Shown piece by piece: positions 51,369 to 64,000 of a stretch of DNA of 64,000 nucleotides (position 1 is its first letter; every line of letters starts with the position of its first letter). A program made the translations under genes and the position numbers. The notes below the pieces were generated by a model, which saw only the letters and a list, made by a program, of their open reading frames with translations, made no database searches and was not told where the DNA came from. The DNA lies in contig CM120645.1 in NCBI GenBank assembly GCA_051362555.1, positions 3,720,001 to 3,784,000 of the forward strand. The letters are read 5' to 3'. Source of the DNA: Lingula anatina. Its lineage: Eukaryota; Animalia; Brachiopoda.

Positions 51369-53936
51369 CTGGAAATATGCTGATTTCTGCAACCTGTCTC
51401 TTTACCAAAAAAGCCACTCGGAAAATTAAAAGTTTGTCAGTTCTGGGGTGAACTTCATGTGTCGGACAGTGACAGGATGGTGACAACACAGACAGACAGA
51501 AAAATCAGAATATATAGAGAAACTTACAGTGACTGTATATAAAACCAGCATAACTTTGAAAAAATGCCCCAATCAGGCTGATTTTCAAATTCTACCTGTA
51601 TTTTATTATCAATTATCAGTTCCATAAGTTTGAAGAAAAAAAGACAAATGTTTTTTCACTGACTGTGTTTTCACTGAAAGTGCATGGCAATGGCATCAGT
51701 GACAACAGATGCAGATTACGGCTATATTGACAGACACATCTGTCTCTGCATAAAAAGTGTTGCTTTCCGAAGTATTAAAAAACAGTTCATTTAAAAAAGA
51801 AGCATTTTTTGGTTTTGCTTCATCCAGAACTGAAAATAATGTTGTCCACACATTACAGAATGTGCAATCAACTTAACTGTATGACATGGCATTAAGTATA
51901 AAACAGAAAAGCTGGTGGTTATAAGATTAGTTGCAACAAGAGGTGGCGTTCCCTGTTCAGGCGTAGCCAACTGCACTCAGCCAGAGTTCCCCCCTCCCAC
52001 AGTTGGGTTGATTTTTGTAGACCAGTTGTGTCTATGGGAATGGAGCTTTAGAAACAGTCTATTTTTAATCTTCAGTATGAGTTAAGATACATTATACTTA
52101 TTCTGTGACACATATTCAAGACTGCAGTAGAACGTGTTAAAAAGATAGTTTTCAATTTCGACCAATTTATTGTCCTTGTTTCAGGCTGTTAGACATGGTT
52201 TCCAGTTGGTGTGTGTAAAAGAACCTTGATATAGAAGACCTAGATTATGCTCTCAAATGAATGTACTCTTGCTTTCTTCTACAGCTCTCAGGCTCAACAG
52301 TTTTATCAGAAACAAGTTTTTTTCCTCTGTGCATGAACAAGTGTGCGCGTGTGCATGCACGTGGGTTCAACTACCATCCCAACCATGTCAAAGTAAAGAG
52401 GGTTGCAAAAACTGACTGTCTTTTGAAGTTGCCCATATAAATGTCAAAATTCCTAATATACTATAATTATAGTATCACAACAGGTAAAAACAAATGACAG
52501 ATAAATGTGCAGTGCTCAATATAATCCATTTCATGTAGTTAAAATACTGGTATGTTAATAAGCTAACTAATACTGATGGAACACTTAGACAATGGCAGGA
52601 GATTATAGATTATTCATTGAGATCTAGGGAGAAATTATATTACATCTGAACCACATTTTATTTATCTATTTTTTTATGTGCATGTGTATAAGTATGCCTT
52701 CTGTGAAGAAGATGTTTTAAATGCCTTCTAACATATACTCTGACTACAATGCTTTGTTATATATTATGAAAATTCTGACTTTATTTCTGAAAACTAGTTT
52801 TAAAAATGTTTATCAAATATTAAAGAATTAAACTTATTCCACAGATTTATTTTTATAATACTGGTGCTCTCCTTGAATGAACAAAGTAAAAATTGAAAAT
52901 GAAAATCAAATTTTATACTATAATATATATGATATCATACATGTATCACAATTCTATCAAAAAGACATAATTTAAATATAAATAATAATCATTAGTTTCA
53001 GGAGCATAAAGAATTGTTATATAAATACAGTTTATCATGAAAACTAGACAAAATAAATAAAATGGTTTTATCCAGGAGTTGAACTTCTAGCTACTTTATA
53101 CATTTGAAACACCCAATCAGAAATTCCTCATCCATTTAAAAGTTGACAGGTAAAAATATTGGAAATAAAAACAGCCTTACTTCAGAATAATCTTGTTCAA
53201 GATTTGTCATTTCATATCAACTATTACCAGAAAACTAAAGTATGACATGATAAAAAGCAGAAAAATTACAATTTTCTATAGCAGATTAAGGATCTGAAAA
53301 CTTTTGGAGTTTTTATCTGTGCAGACTGCGTGGAACATCAAAAGGTATCACTTATTTTCATTTCTAAACAAAGAAAACATGTACAATAGTATTCACATCA
53401 ATAGATACACTTTAACTATTACATTCATAAGTTATATTTCAATAGTTGAGGTTGTAACCAGATTATAACACAACACTAGGTTAGTTCTTTTGTTATACAT
53501 CATTGATTTTTGGAACAACAATTTCTCCACAAGTACACTACAACATACAGTTTTTTTTTAACATTCTCTGCATTATGTATTTGGACATCTTTGGCACCTA
53601 ATAATTAACAATTACACACAGGATTATACATCTCTTCCTACCATTTTTATACACTTATATCATATATATCATGTGCTATGAATAATTGGTAAGGATGCTC
53701 TTCTTGTTCAACTCTAGAGAACAATTCCTTGTCATCCCTTTCACACCTCTCCCTCTCCATCTCTTTTCGATCTCCAGCTTACACCAAAAAGGAAACAAAA
53801 GCAGACAAAAAAAAAAAAAAAAACAGCTGACCATGGTGCATTATCAACAGTGTCCCGTAAGAGCCCTGACCCCTTGGGTTGAATATACTGACCATAGTCA
53901 AGCTCAGTCCTAATATGCACAGTCAACAGTGTCCAA

Positions 53937-54168
53937 TCACAGCACTGACCCCTCTGGCTGTATCAGATGACCATGGTCCAGTAACACAGAGTCCTCCCCC
54001 AAAATGGAGCACAACTCCTGTAGCCTCTGCTGCATCTTAGGTATACCTGCCAGCTGAGCCTCCAGTCCCTGCTTCTCCTCATTGAGAGACAGGCGTGTGG
54101 CTGTGTCCAGCTCCTCTAATCTCCAGCCTACCTCACCGTCAAACTGGAGCAAATGAGTGTGGAACTTC
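53937..54168 (-). pseudogene. ABCD2: ABCD1/2-like terminal exon 10 (orphan)
   Basis: Duplicate of 24689-24920; open frame. Confidence 0.85.
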
Positions 54169-57016
54169 CTGGAAAATTGATAAATATTCAGTATGCTGCA
54201 GAGTTTACTAAGTGAAGATCTTTGGAAGTAATTGTGAATTGCAGAAAAATGTGATAACTGAATACAAAATGAGTTTTGGAAGTATGGAAATAATTTAAGA
54301 AAGAAAAAAAATTGGGGACATTATGAAGTACAGTCAAGTATCTGTGAACCAAGTACCAGACTCATTTTCAGTAGAGACATAAAAATCTGAGAGTAATGTA
54401 GAACATTTCCATTGCTCTTAAACCTGTTCTCTGTCCTAGCTTTACTCTTTCTAATGTCTTATGATACCTCTTTTCAGCAGTGACCAATTATTTTGACTCT
54501 AGTAAGTTAATCATGACCCCAGAACTATGTCACTTCAATGTACAAATTGATATTACTTCAATAACAGTAAGACAGTGTCATGCAGGGTCTTGTGACATAT
54601 TTAATCTACCTCCTCCCTGTGTACACACACCAGTAGAGGTGAACTGGGAGAGATAGGGAGACCAAACTTTAAATAAATATCTCGCCAGAACGATACTTAC
54701 AAGAGACTTCACATTTTAATGTTACAACATTTTCTCCAACCAAAAGCAAAGATTTTTTTCATAATAAAATCTCAATAGCAAATTATATTTTACATCAGGC
54801 TCACTGCTTTGAGGACAAGGCACTTTATATTATTATCTCTAGTGACATACCGGAAGGCAAAATCAACATCACATGATGTTATTTGCTGAGGCCATCTTTT
54901 TTTCTGCATTTTTAAGTGTGGCCAGAAGTTTGAGATGGCTATAAAATTCTATCATACTACCTGAGGTTGTTGACAGCTTGGACTGAGCAAGAACTTGTAT
55001 TTCAAAGTAAGTCCATCTTGATGATAGATATTTCAAATTATTATAAATATTTAAATGGATAAACACCAAAATGGGGGATCTTTTACTTTCATGGCCATAA
55101 ATGCATGTATCTATTTAGTTGATTAAATTACCTTTTAAAAAAGTATCAAAATAAGTTTTTATTGTTCTTATATTTGCTATTACCCTATGAGAAATTTTGG
55201 GAGTATTTTCATTCTTTTTAATTGATAAAACATTGCATAAAATCTAGACACCTGGCTTAATTGACACAATAATGTCCATTATATCACATCATATGCTTAG
55301 TATTTTTACCCACTACAGTTACAGTACAGGGCCAACTGAATGAGAAGCTCACAGAGCCACCTCCTGAGTATGTACCACCAGCAGGTTTTGTGAGCCATAT
55401 TACAGCAGAGTAACTATAACTTGTACACACAGGTGAGGTAGAAAGATTTGTAGAAAAAATATTGTATAATACGTACTTAAAGTCTTCTATGTACAGCAGT
55501 AACAGAATACCACTAGTTGCACCAGATGTTCATATAATGGTAGAGGCACCTTCTTAATATACTCACAGCCCTGTATCTTACATTTGTTGTGTGTCTTAAA
55601 ATATATTTGTCTCACATGCTAAATTTCTTCCCTGCAAAGTTAACTATCAAATGGAACATTGAAACATCTTTCATTGATGGTAAATCATTATAATCTCTGG
55701 TTGTAATTAAATACAATTTTACCTTTTTATTTTTATGGATTTTAATGCAATTTTACTTCTTTATTTTTATGGATTTTAATGCAATTTTACTTCTTTATTT
55801 CTAAGGATTAAGTGTGTTTGGCATTCAATTTCAAATGGATCTTGTTTGTTTACAGGCAGTTGGTTTGGGGATGTTTTGTGATATTTTTTGTTTAATTTCC
55901 TGTTTAAACCATCCTATATGTGGTTTTAAGCTAAAATTGCTACTGCTCAGCTTAGCACCTACTTTCTTCTGCTGATCTTTTTTATTACTTATTGAGAGGG
56001 AATACATGGCTTTCCACAGTATATGTTTTTTTTCTTTTTCCAGAAAGCATAATATTCAGCAGTATATAAATTTTCCTGTATGCTTGTCCAGATGCATACC
56101 ATACCACCCAAAACTAAAAACTTTTAGTCAGAAGGTATGTTATGTAATAATTTTACTGAAACTTCTTTTAATATTTGATAAAAGATTACTTTAATGCCAT
56201 AATTTAATTTTAACCATTTCTTAAAACTCAGAAATACTTTTAATACATTAATGCTTCATGAATTACCAAAACAGTTATAAAACAATATTAGAATAGTTTT
56301 GTGCAAGATAGAGAGAAACATCTGCTTTTTCTGTTGATTTTCACTTACCTGTAAAGGCACTGAATACTTTTTTTAATCTGCTCAATTTTTTTTTCAGAAA
56401 ACCTGTATACTTGTCTACATCCATATGACACCCCATGAGGTAATAAAAATACTGCCTTATGCAAAAATATCTAACTTTCACATCATGCAAAGATGTTTAA
56501 AATGCACCAAAAAATTAATTTTATAATTCACATCTTGTGTCAAATGATGGATGCTTTAGTCACCAAAATATTTCTCAATGTTTAAAATATTTCCAAAATA
56601 TTACCAGTTTGTCACTGTCTACCAGTACAGTAGCAGCTACACTATACAATTGCATATTGGTGGGGGACAAAAGGAAATAATTTAAAAATTATTGTAATTT
56701 TTGGCAGCAAACCCCACATATGAAACTATTGAGTATAGCTTTTTGAAGAAAAGTAACTGCCACTTTTTCTACCAATTAATCTTTTTCTAATTTCAGATAA
56801 CAAGAACATTCAATGAACAAAAATATGGTTTGAAGATTGAGTTAATCGTTTACTTCTGTTACATTCCTTGAAAGCAAAATGTCTGTTATCAGGGGGGAAT
56901 ACTGCTAAAATTGGTGACAAATACATAACTACCTACTCAAACATTTCAATAATTTTACCCATGAACATAAACATATAGAGCAGTGACACCTCTTCCTACT
57001 GTTCCATTCCTGAGAC

Positions 57017-60000
57017 ATGGCTTACAGACAAGTAGCATGCAAAGAGGAACTTGATCTCTTACATAGGCTACAGTTGTCTCCACTGTCCAAGACACCAGAC
57101 ACTTTGCTGGAAAGGACTGAGCTTGATATAAGCTTTGCTGGTATAGACAACCTACCAGAGTCCATTGACAGGTGTAGAAATGTTAAGAAGATATTTGCAG
57201 GTTTAAACAGGTTATCTTCTTTACCACAGTCCATATCCAACCTCCCACACCTCACAGTGTTGGACCTATACTGCAATGCCTTCACTATATTCCCCATAGA
57301 ACTGTGTGGCTTGACTAACCTAGAGAAGCTGGACCTGGCTAACAACCATATATCTGACATACCAGTGGATATCAGCAGGTTTAAGATACTCAGAATATTC
57401 TCCCTCTTTTACAATGTACCACAGTCCATATCCAACCTGTCACACCTCAGAGTGTTGAAACTAAACAGCAATGCCTTTGCCACATTCCCCATAGCACTGT
57501 GTGGCTTGACTAACCTAGAGAAGCTGGACCTGGCTAACAACCAGCTATCTGACATACCAGTGGATATCACCAGGTTGAAGGTGCTCAGAATATTCAAGCT
57601 CCATCACAATGCCTTCACTGTATTCCCCATAGAACTGTTTGGCTTGACTAACCTAGAGGAGCTGGACCTGGATAACAACCAGCTATCTGCCATACCAGTG
57701 GATATCAGCAGGTTTAAGATGATACTCAGAATATTCTCCCTATTTTACAATGTACCACAGTCCATATCCAACCTGTCACACCTCAGAGTGTTGGAACTAA
57801 ACAGCAATGCCTTTGCCACATTCCCCATAGCACTGTGTGGCTTGACTAACCTAGAGAAGCTGGACCTGGCTAACAACCAGCTATCTGACATACCAGTGGA
57901 TATCAACAGGTTGAAGGTGCTCAGAATATTCAAGCTCCATCACAATGCCTTCACTGTATTCCCCATAGAACTGTTTGGCTTGACTAACCTAGAGGAGCTG
58001 GACCTGGATAACAACCAGCTATCTGCCATACCAGTGGATATCAGCAGGTTTAAGATGATACTCAGAATATTCTCCCTCTTTTACAATGTACCACAGTCCA
58101 TATCCAACCTGTCACACCTCACAGTGTTGAAACTAAACAACAATGCCTTCACTACATTCCCCATAGCACTGTGTGGCTTGACTAACCTAATAGAGCTGGT
58201 CCTGTCAGACAACCAGATATCTGACATACCAGTGGATATCACCAGGTTGAAGGTGCTAAGAATATTCAAGCTCCATCACAATGCCTTCACTGTATTCCCC
58301 ATAGCACTGTGTGGCTTGACTAACCTAATAGAGCTGTATCTGGGTGACAACCAGATATCTTACATACCAGTGGATATCACCAGGTTGAAGGTACTCAGAA
58401 TATTCTCCCTCTCTAAAAATGCCTTCACTGCATTCCCCATAGCACTGTGTGGCTTGACTAACCTAATAGAGCTGTATCTGGGTGACAACCAGATATCTGA
58501 CATACCAGTGGATATCAACAGGTTGAAGGTGCTCAGAATATTCAAGCTCCATAACAATGCCTTCACTGTATTCCCCATAGCACTGTTTGGCTTGACTAAC
58601 CTAAAGGAGCTGAACCTGGATAACAACAAGCTATCTGACATACCAGTGGATATCAGCAGGCTTAAGATACACGGAAAATTCTCCCTCTCTAACAATGCCT
58701 TCACTACATTCCCCATAGCACTGTGTGGCTTGCCTAACCTAAAAGAGCTGTATCTGGGTGACAACCAGATATCTTACATACCAGTGGATATCAGGAGGTT
58801 AACAAAACTTTGGTCACTTGGCCTGTCAGGCAATAAAATCACTCACCTGCCACATCAAATGAAGAATATGGAAAGCCTTCGACTACTACTTGTGGATGAT
58901 AATCCTCTGGTACAACCACCTAAATATACTGCCGAGAGGGGACTAGGTGCCATCAAGAGGTATTTTGAGGCATTAACTGACACCAAGGCAATCCAGTCAA
59001 GTAGAATACAGGTCAACTTACTTGGTGAAACAGAAGCAGGAAAAACTAGCATTTCACGCACACTGCAAAATGGAAAGTCTACTCTTACAAAGACGGCAGA
59101 CAGGACAAGAGTGGTGGAGCAGGGATTATGGGAGGCTCATGAAAGTGAGACTGACCTGAATATTGGCTTCAACATCAATGACTTTGGTGGACATGACGTC
59201 TACAAAATAGGACATCCCATTTTTATTTCCAAATGTGGCTTGGTTTTCATCACTTTCAATCTGTCGAAATATGACCAAGAAGATGAGGCTCATTACAAGC
59301 TCTGCATTGGGCACTGGATTGACAAGGTGCAAGCACAGATGCCAGGGATACAAATAGCTCTAATTGGAACTCATCTTGATGAGGTAGGAGAAACACATGT
59401 AAAACACAAGTGTTCTGCAATAAACAAGCACCATGAAGACCATATAAACAAAAAGAAGCAGTGGTATCAAGCACAACAGGAGAGCATTGAGAAGAGAATA
59501 AGAGAAACACCTAAAACCCAAGCATCTCTCCGCCAGGCCTACCAAAGCAAATCAAATAAACTGCAGACCTTGTATGATCAAATAAAACCCATCCACAAGG
59601 ATATTTTCAGAGTCAGTTCAAAAACCTGTGGAGGAGTTAAAGAACTGCGAGACTACCTCATTTCTTTCGCCAGGAGAAATGCTGAAGTTTTGCCAGGTAT
59701 GTGGGTGGAAGCAGCCAAGAATATCTGCACCAAGAAAATTGAAGGCTCTGAAAACACACTTGGCTGGGAGATGATTAAAGGCCTCATTCTGCAGAATGCA
59801 CCTACATCATGGAAAGAGAAGAACTCAAAGGAAGAAACAGAAAGAATGATATGTGACATCTTAAGTTTCCTTGCTCATCGTGGAGACATCATTTGGTTTG
59901 ATAGATGTCCCTCACTGATGAAAGTAGTTTTCCACAAGCAAGAGGTTTTAGTGAATGTTCTCAAGGTTGTCCTCAGTCATGATCAAGAGGTCGTATCAGA

Positions 60001-61652
60001 GAAGCTCCATAAGTCCATAAAGATTACTGAAACCAAAGCAAATACCATACATGAAGACATCTTCATCAGAGGCATCATATCCAAAGAAGCTATGAGCTGC
60101 CTGTGTGAGCCTTTCAAATTGTCAAGCACTGAAGTTGATGTCATGATAGAAATGATGCAGAAACTGGAGCTGTGCTATCAAGTCCAGGAAGATGAATCCC
60201 TTCCATCTAATACCTCATTCCACTTTCCATGGCTGCTCACTGAAGAAAGGCAACCTGAGCTAGATAACAAATGGCCCAGCAAGGTTCCCCCAGACACCAC
60301 TCAACTGACCCTGCAGGTTCTCTTTCCATACAAATGTCCAGATGGCTTATATGAGAAATTTTCTGTTCGTCAGCACAAGTATCTTGGACTCATGAAGACC
60401 TTGCGAATGGACTGGAAGGATGGGGTGTATGCAGAACTTAAGGGATGTAAAATGCAGCTGACACGGGGGCCACACCAGTCAAATTCTGATGCAGTCAGCC
60501 AAAACCAAGACTGGGTTTTCAGCATTGCTGTCCGTGGATCACATCTCTCAGACATGTGGGGTGTTCTTGAACAAGGTCACCTTGACCTCATGAACATCAT
60601 TGAAGAGGGCTGGCCTGGGCTGTCATATGACAAATATCTGATGTGTCCCCACTGTGTGAGTGAGAACAGTGAGCACCCATACAGTTTCCCTGGAGAGATA
60701 CTTGACCTTACCCTGAAGACAGCTTCCAAACCAAGACAAGTGGCATGTGTCAGCACTGGTGTCTCCATTCCTGCTGGCCTGGTCTACCCACCACACCTGG
60801 TCATGAGCTGGCAGGAAGGTAAGCACAGCAGTATTCTAGCATTAGTGTAATGATTCACTGTTTCTCTTTGTTATATATGTATTTTTATTCTCAAAAATGT
60901 CTAACTAACCTGATCACCTGACCATGACATCCAAAAATTATGCTAACAGGAAGGAGGATTTTATACTTATCTTACTTGGATATCTTTTACAGGTCCCTTT
61001 GGGTCAAAGAGTGCATTCAGATTTACACATTGTATTAGTTGGGTTGGTTCAATTTTGCTGGGCAATCTCGCTAAAGTGCAATCAGTGGAATTAACTTAAT
61101 CAGCAAAGGATTGTTTATTACCCCCAGCTGGTGGATGAGGCATGTCAGACAAATTAAGCTAATTCTACTAATTACCCTTTAGCGAGAAAGTATGCCCAGC
61201 AAAGTAAGACCAACCCAGCAAGTACCATGTGTTAATCTCAATGCTTATTTTCATTTTAAGAAATGGAATAATAATTATCCACAACATTTGCTATTTATAC
61301 ATTATGAAAGGACTGAATGTAATTTTTAACATTCTGTAATGACTAATGTGTAACAACATTATTTTCAGTTCTGAATGAAGTAAAACCAAAGCTATGTGAA
61401 AACATCACAGTCCCTGGTCTCCTGGATATATTGAATGTTTTCCTCCGAGAATGCGTTATCACTGACCATGAATATGAATGGGTGAAGCCAGAGCTCCCAC
61501 AACACCAAGCCACAACTACCTGGGTGGTATGTCCAGAGAAAACTGCAGTATTCCTGGACATTCTCAAAACTAAAGGAGAAAGGGCATTTGATTTATTGAG
61601 GGAATGCTTCATTGAAAATGGACAAAATGAGCTTGCTACCCTCCTTAAATAG
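57017..61652 (+). CDS. MFHAS1-like: ROCO protein copy 5: LRR(~27)-ROC-COR-CARD; predicted join(57017..60818,61369..61652)
   Basis: 1277-aa ORF with ROC motifs; donor GAAG|GTAAG after 60818; acceptor at 61369. Confidence 0.9.
61012..61245. mobile_element. Old MITE-like inverted repeat in the COR-CARD intron
   Basis: Imperfect inverted arms gcattcagatttacacattg... / ...catgtgttaatctcaatgc. Confidence 0.6.
61369..61652 (+). CDS. CARD exon type B (ROCO copy 5)
   Basis: Open 284-nt phase-1 exon homologous to 3585..3868. Confidence 0.8.
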
Positions 61653-63096
61653 ATGAAAGTGGCCAAGAGAACTCACTATATTGACTCAGACTATGTGCAG
61701 CAGTCATGTTATCTAGTTGGTACAAAATTGAACATATTTTCAGCCAACCACTTTGGCCATACTGACTTATTACATATGTAAATGGGAAATCTTTCTGACA
61801 TGAAAAACAGTAAACTGTCCTATTGTTTAAAGTGCCAACTGTGGTATAATTAAAGTAAAAGTATAGCCAAATCTGTATATATACAGACATGTAAATACAT
61901 AGGCATAACCAAAGGTCAGTCAAGTAGATATACATTAATTTAATTTTTTTTAATTGGGATTTATTTTGATAAATTAGGATTGTTGATGTAAATAATCACT
62001 GAGACAAATCATTACTATATCAGCAGCAATATAAAGTGGTAGTATTAAAGGAATTTAACTGAATTAATAAATTACTTTTGAGAAAATAAAATTTTAGGAT
62101 TTAGTATCTTTTTAGTCCACCCAGTATACCAACCAAAATTGTAGTGTATACAAATATAATTCCCAGACATGTAAATTAATTTGATAAGAGTCCATTGCTT
62201 GTGCACTTGACTTGTTTTATGACTTTCCTATAATTATATAACTTGAGTGGACGTGTGCAATTTGAATAATTAAATTTCATATGTACCGCGAAAAAATGCA
62301 GCACCAAATCAACCTATAGATAAGAAATATGTATAAAAGACGTCTAGAAATAATATCAGGGGTCAGACTGAAGAAGATTCGAAGGTGGCCGCTCGACGAA
62401 GCCATGGGAGACGGCCTAGAACTTGGAGATTTCACGTAGATGATGTAGTTAGACAGAGTCAACCAATAAACCATTAAACTGGTCATTATGTGGACTTGGG
62501 TTTTCTTTGCGCGACCTCACGTAAATCTGACAAGAACCGTGGAATATTTGGATCGCGTTATCCACTAAGTCTAAAACGTACAATGTAATGTCTTATTTCG
62601 AGCCCACGCCTGAAATACAAAATTAAAAACTAACTGTATGACATGCCTCCTCCTGGTATTAAGTAGAAAAGCTGGTGGTTATCACTTAGTTGAAACAAGA
62701 AGTGGCCTTCCCCATTCATCCTCCCCCCCCCCCCCCCCCCCAACAGTTCAGTTGATTTTGGCAGACCAGTTGTGTCTCTGGGCATGGGACCTTAGAAACA
62801 GTCTATTTTAAATCTTCAGTATGAGTTTTAACTTAAAAGATACATTATTCTTATTCTGTGATACATATTCAAGACTGCACTAGCTGACATTACAGTAAAA
62901 TGTGTTAAAAAGACAGTTTCAATTTCAACCTATTTATTGCCCTTGTCTCAGGCTGTTAGACATGGTTTCTAGTTGGAGTGTGTAAAAGAACCTTGATACA
63001 GAAGACATAGATTATGCTCTCAAATGAAGATGTACTCTTGCTTTCTTCTACAGCTCTCAGTCTCAACAGTTTTATCAAAAACAGGCCTTTTTTTCC

Positions 63097-63305
63097 TGTG
63101 TGCATGAACAAGTGTGTGTGTGCATGAACAAGTGTGTGTGTGCATGAACAAGTGTGCTTATGTGCATAAACGTGTGTGTGCATGAACAAGTGTGTGTGTG
63201 CATGAACAAGTGTGTGTGCATGAAAAAGTGTGCTTATGTGCATGAACAAGTGTGTGTGTGCATGAACAAATGTGCGTATGTGCATGAACAAGTGTGTGTG
63301 TGCAC
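63097..63305. repeat. ~20-bp minisatellite (tgtgtgcatgaacaagtgtg), ~10 copies
   Basis: Visible repeats; 1-2 copies at paralogous sites (~6275, ~23065, ~52330). Confidence 0.85.
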
Positions 63306-64000
63306 ATGGGTTCAACTGCCATCCCAACCACGACAAAGTAAAGAGGGTTGCCATCAACTGACTGCCTTTTGAAGTTGCCCATATAAATGTCAAAATACCT
63401 ATTAAAGTAACATGTAAAACCTAATGACAGATATATGTGCAATGCTCAAATATAATTTTTTCATGCAGTTAAAATACAGGTATGTTAATAAGCTAACTAA
63501 TACTGATGGCACACTGAGACAATGGCAGGAGACTATTGATTATTCATTGAGATCTAGGAAGAAATTAGAACAATCGGACCTGGACGACATTTCATTTATT
63601 CATTTTTTATGTGCATGTGTGTAAGTATGCCTTCAGTGAACAAGATGTTTTAAATGCCTTCTGACATATATTCTGACTACAATACATTGTTATTTATAAT
63701 AATAATAATAATGATAATTCTGACCTTTTTCTGGAAACTTGATTATCAAATATTAAAGAATTTAACTTATTCTACAGATTTTTAAAAATAATACTGGTGT
63801 TCTCTTTGAATGAACTAAGTAAAAATTGAAAATTATTTTGATAAATATGATATCACATTTATATCAAAAAGACAATTTAAAATACATAAAAGTCAATAGT
63901 TTCATGAGCATTAAGAATTTTTCAATAAATACAGTATATCATGAAAACTAGACAAAAAAAGTGAAATGGCTTTATATAAGAGGAGAACTTCTAGCTACTT

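Larger units (their letters stand above)
48550..55067. repeat. ~6.5-kb near-identical duplicate of 19270-25819
   Basis: Direct sequence comparison by eye. Confidence 0.9.

Overview
AT-rich, CpG-poor animal (most likely marine invertebrate) genomic DNA holding a tandem array of five plus-strand ROCO genes (MFHAS1/MASL1-like LRR-ROC-COR GTPases). Each is encoded by one giant coding exon that splices in phase 1 (WQE-G|GT) to a separate CARD-like death-fold exon. The LRR blocks differ in repeat number (about 12, 22, 12, 14 and 27 by my count). They consist of near-invariant nucleotide scaffolds alternating with hypervariable solvent-exposed positions, which suggests a diversifying intracellular immune-receptor family. 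Copies 2 and 4 have two alternative CARD exons plus CARD remnants, and the CARD of copy 3 has a premature TGA. On the minus strand, decayed exons of a peroxisomal ABC transporter (ABCD1/2-like) flank the ROCO genes in collinear order: exons 6/7, 8 and 9 on one side, exon 10 on the other. This indicates the ROCO gene sits antisense inside the last intron of ABCD and was amplified together with the 3' half of its host. Paralogs are mosaics of each other, including a ~6.5 kb near-identical block. Insertions include a non-autonomous Helentron (HINE) with 146-bp internal repeats, a 3.9-kb TIR element inserted exactly at a CARD stop codon, a LINE fragment and several MITEs. All calls come from reading the sequence by eye; no searches or alignments were run.
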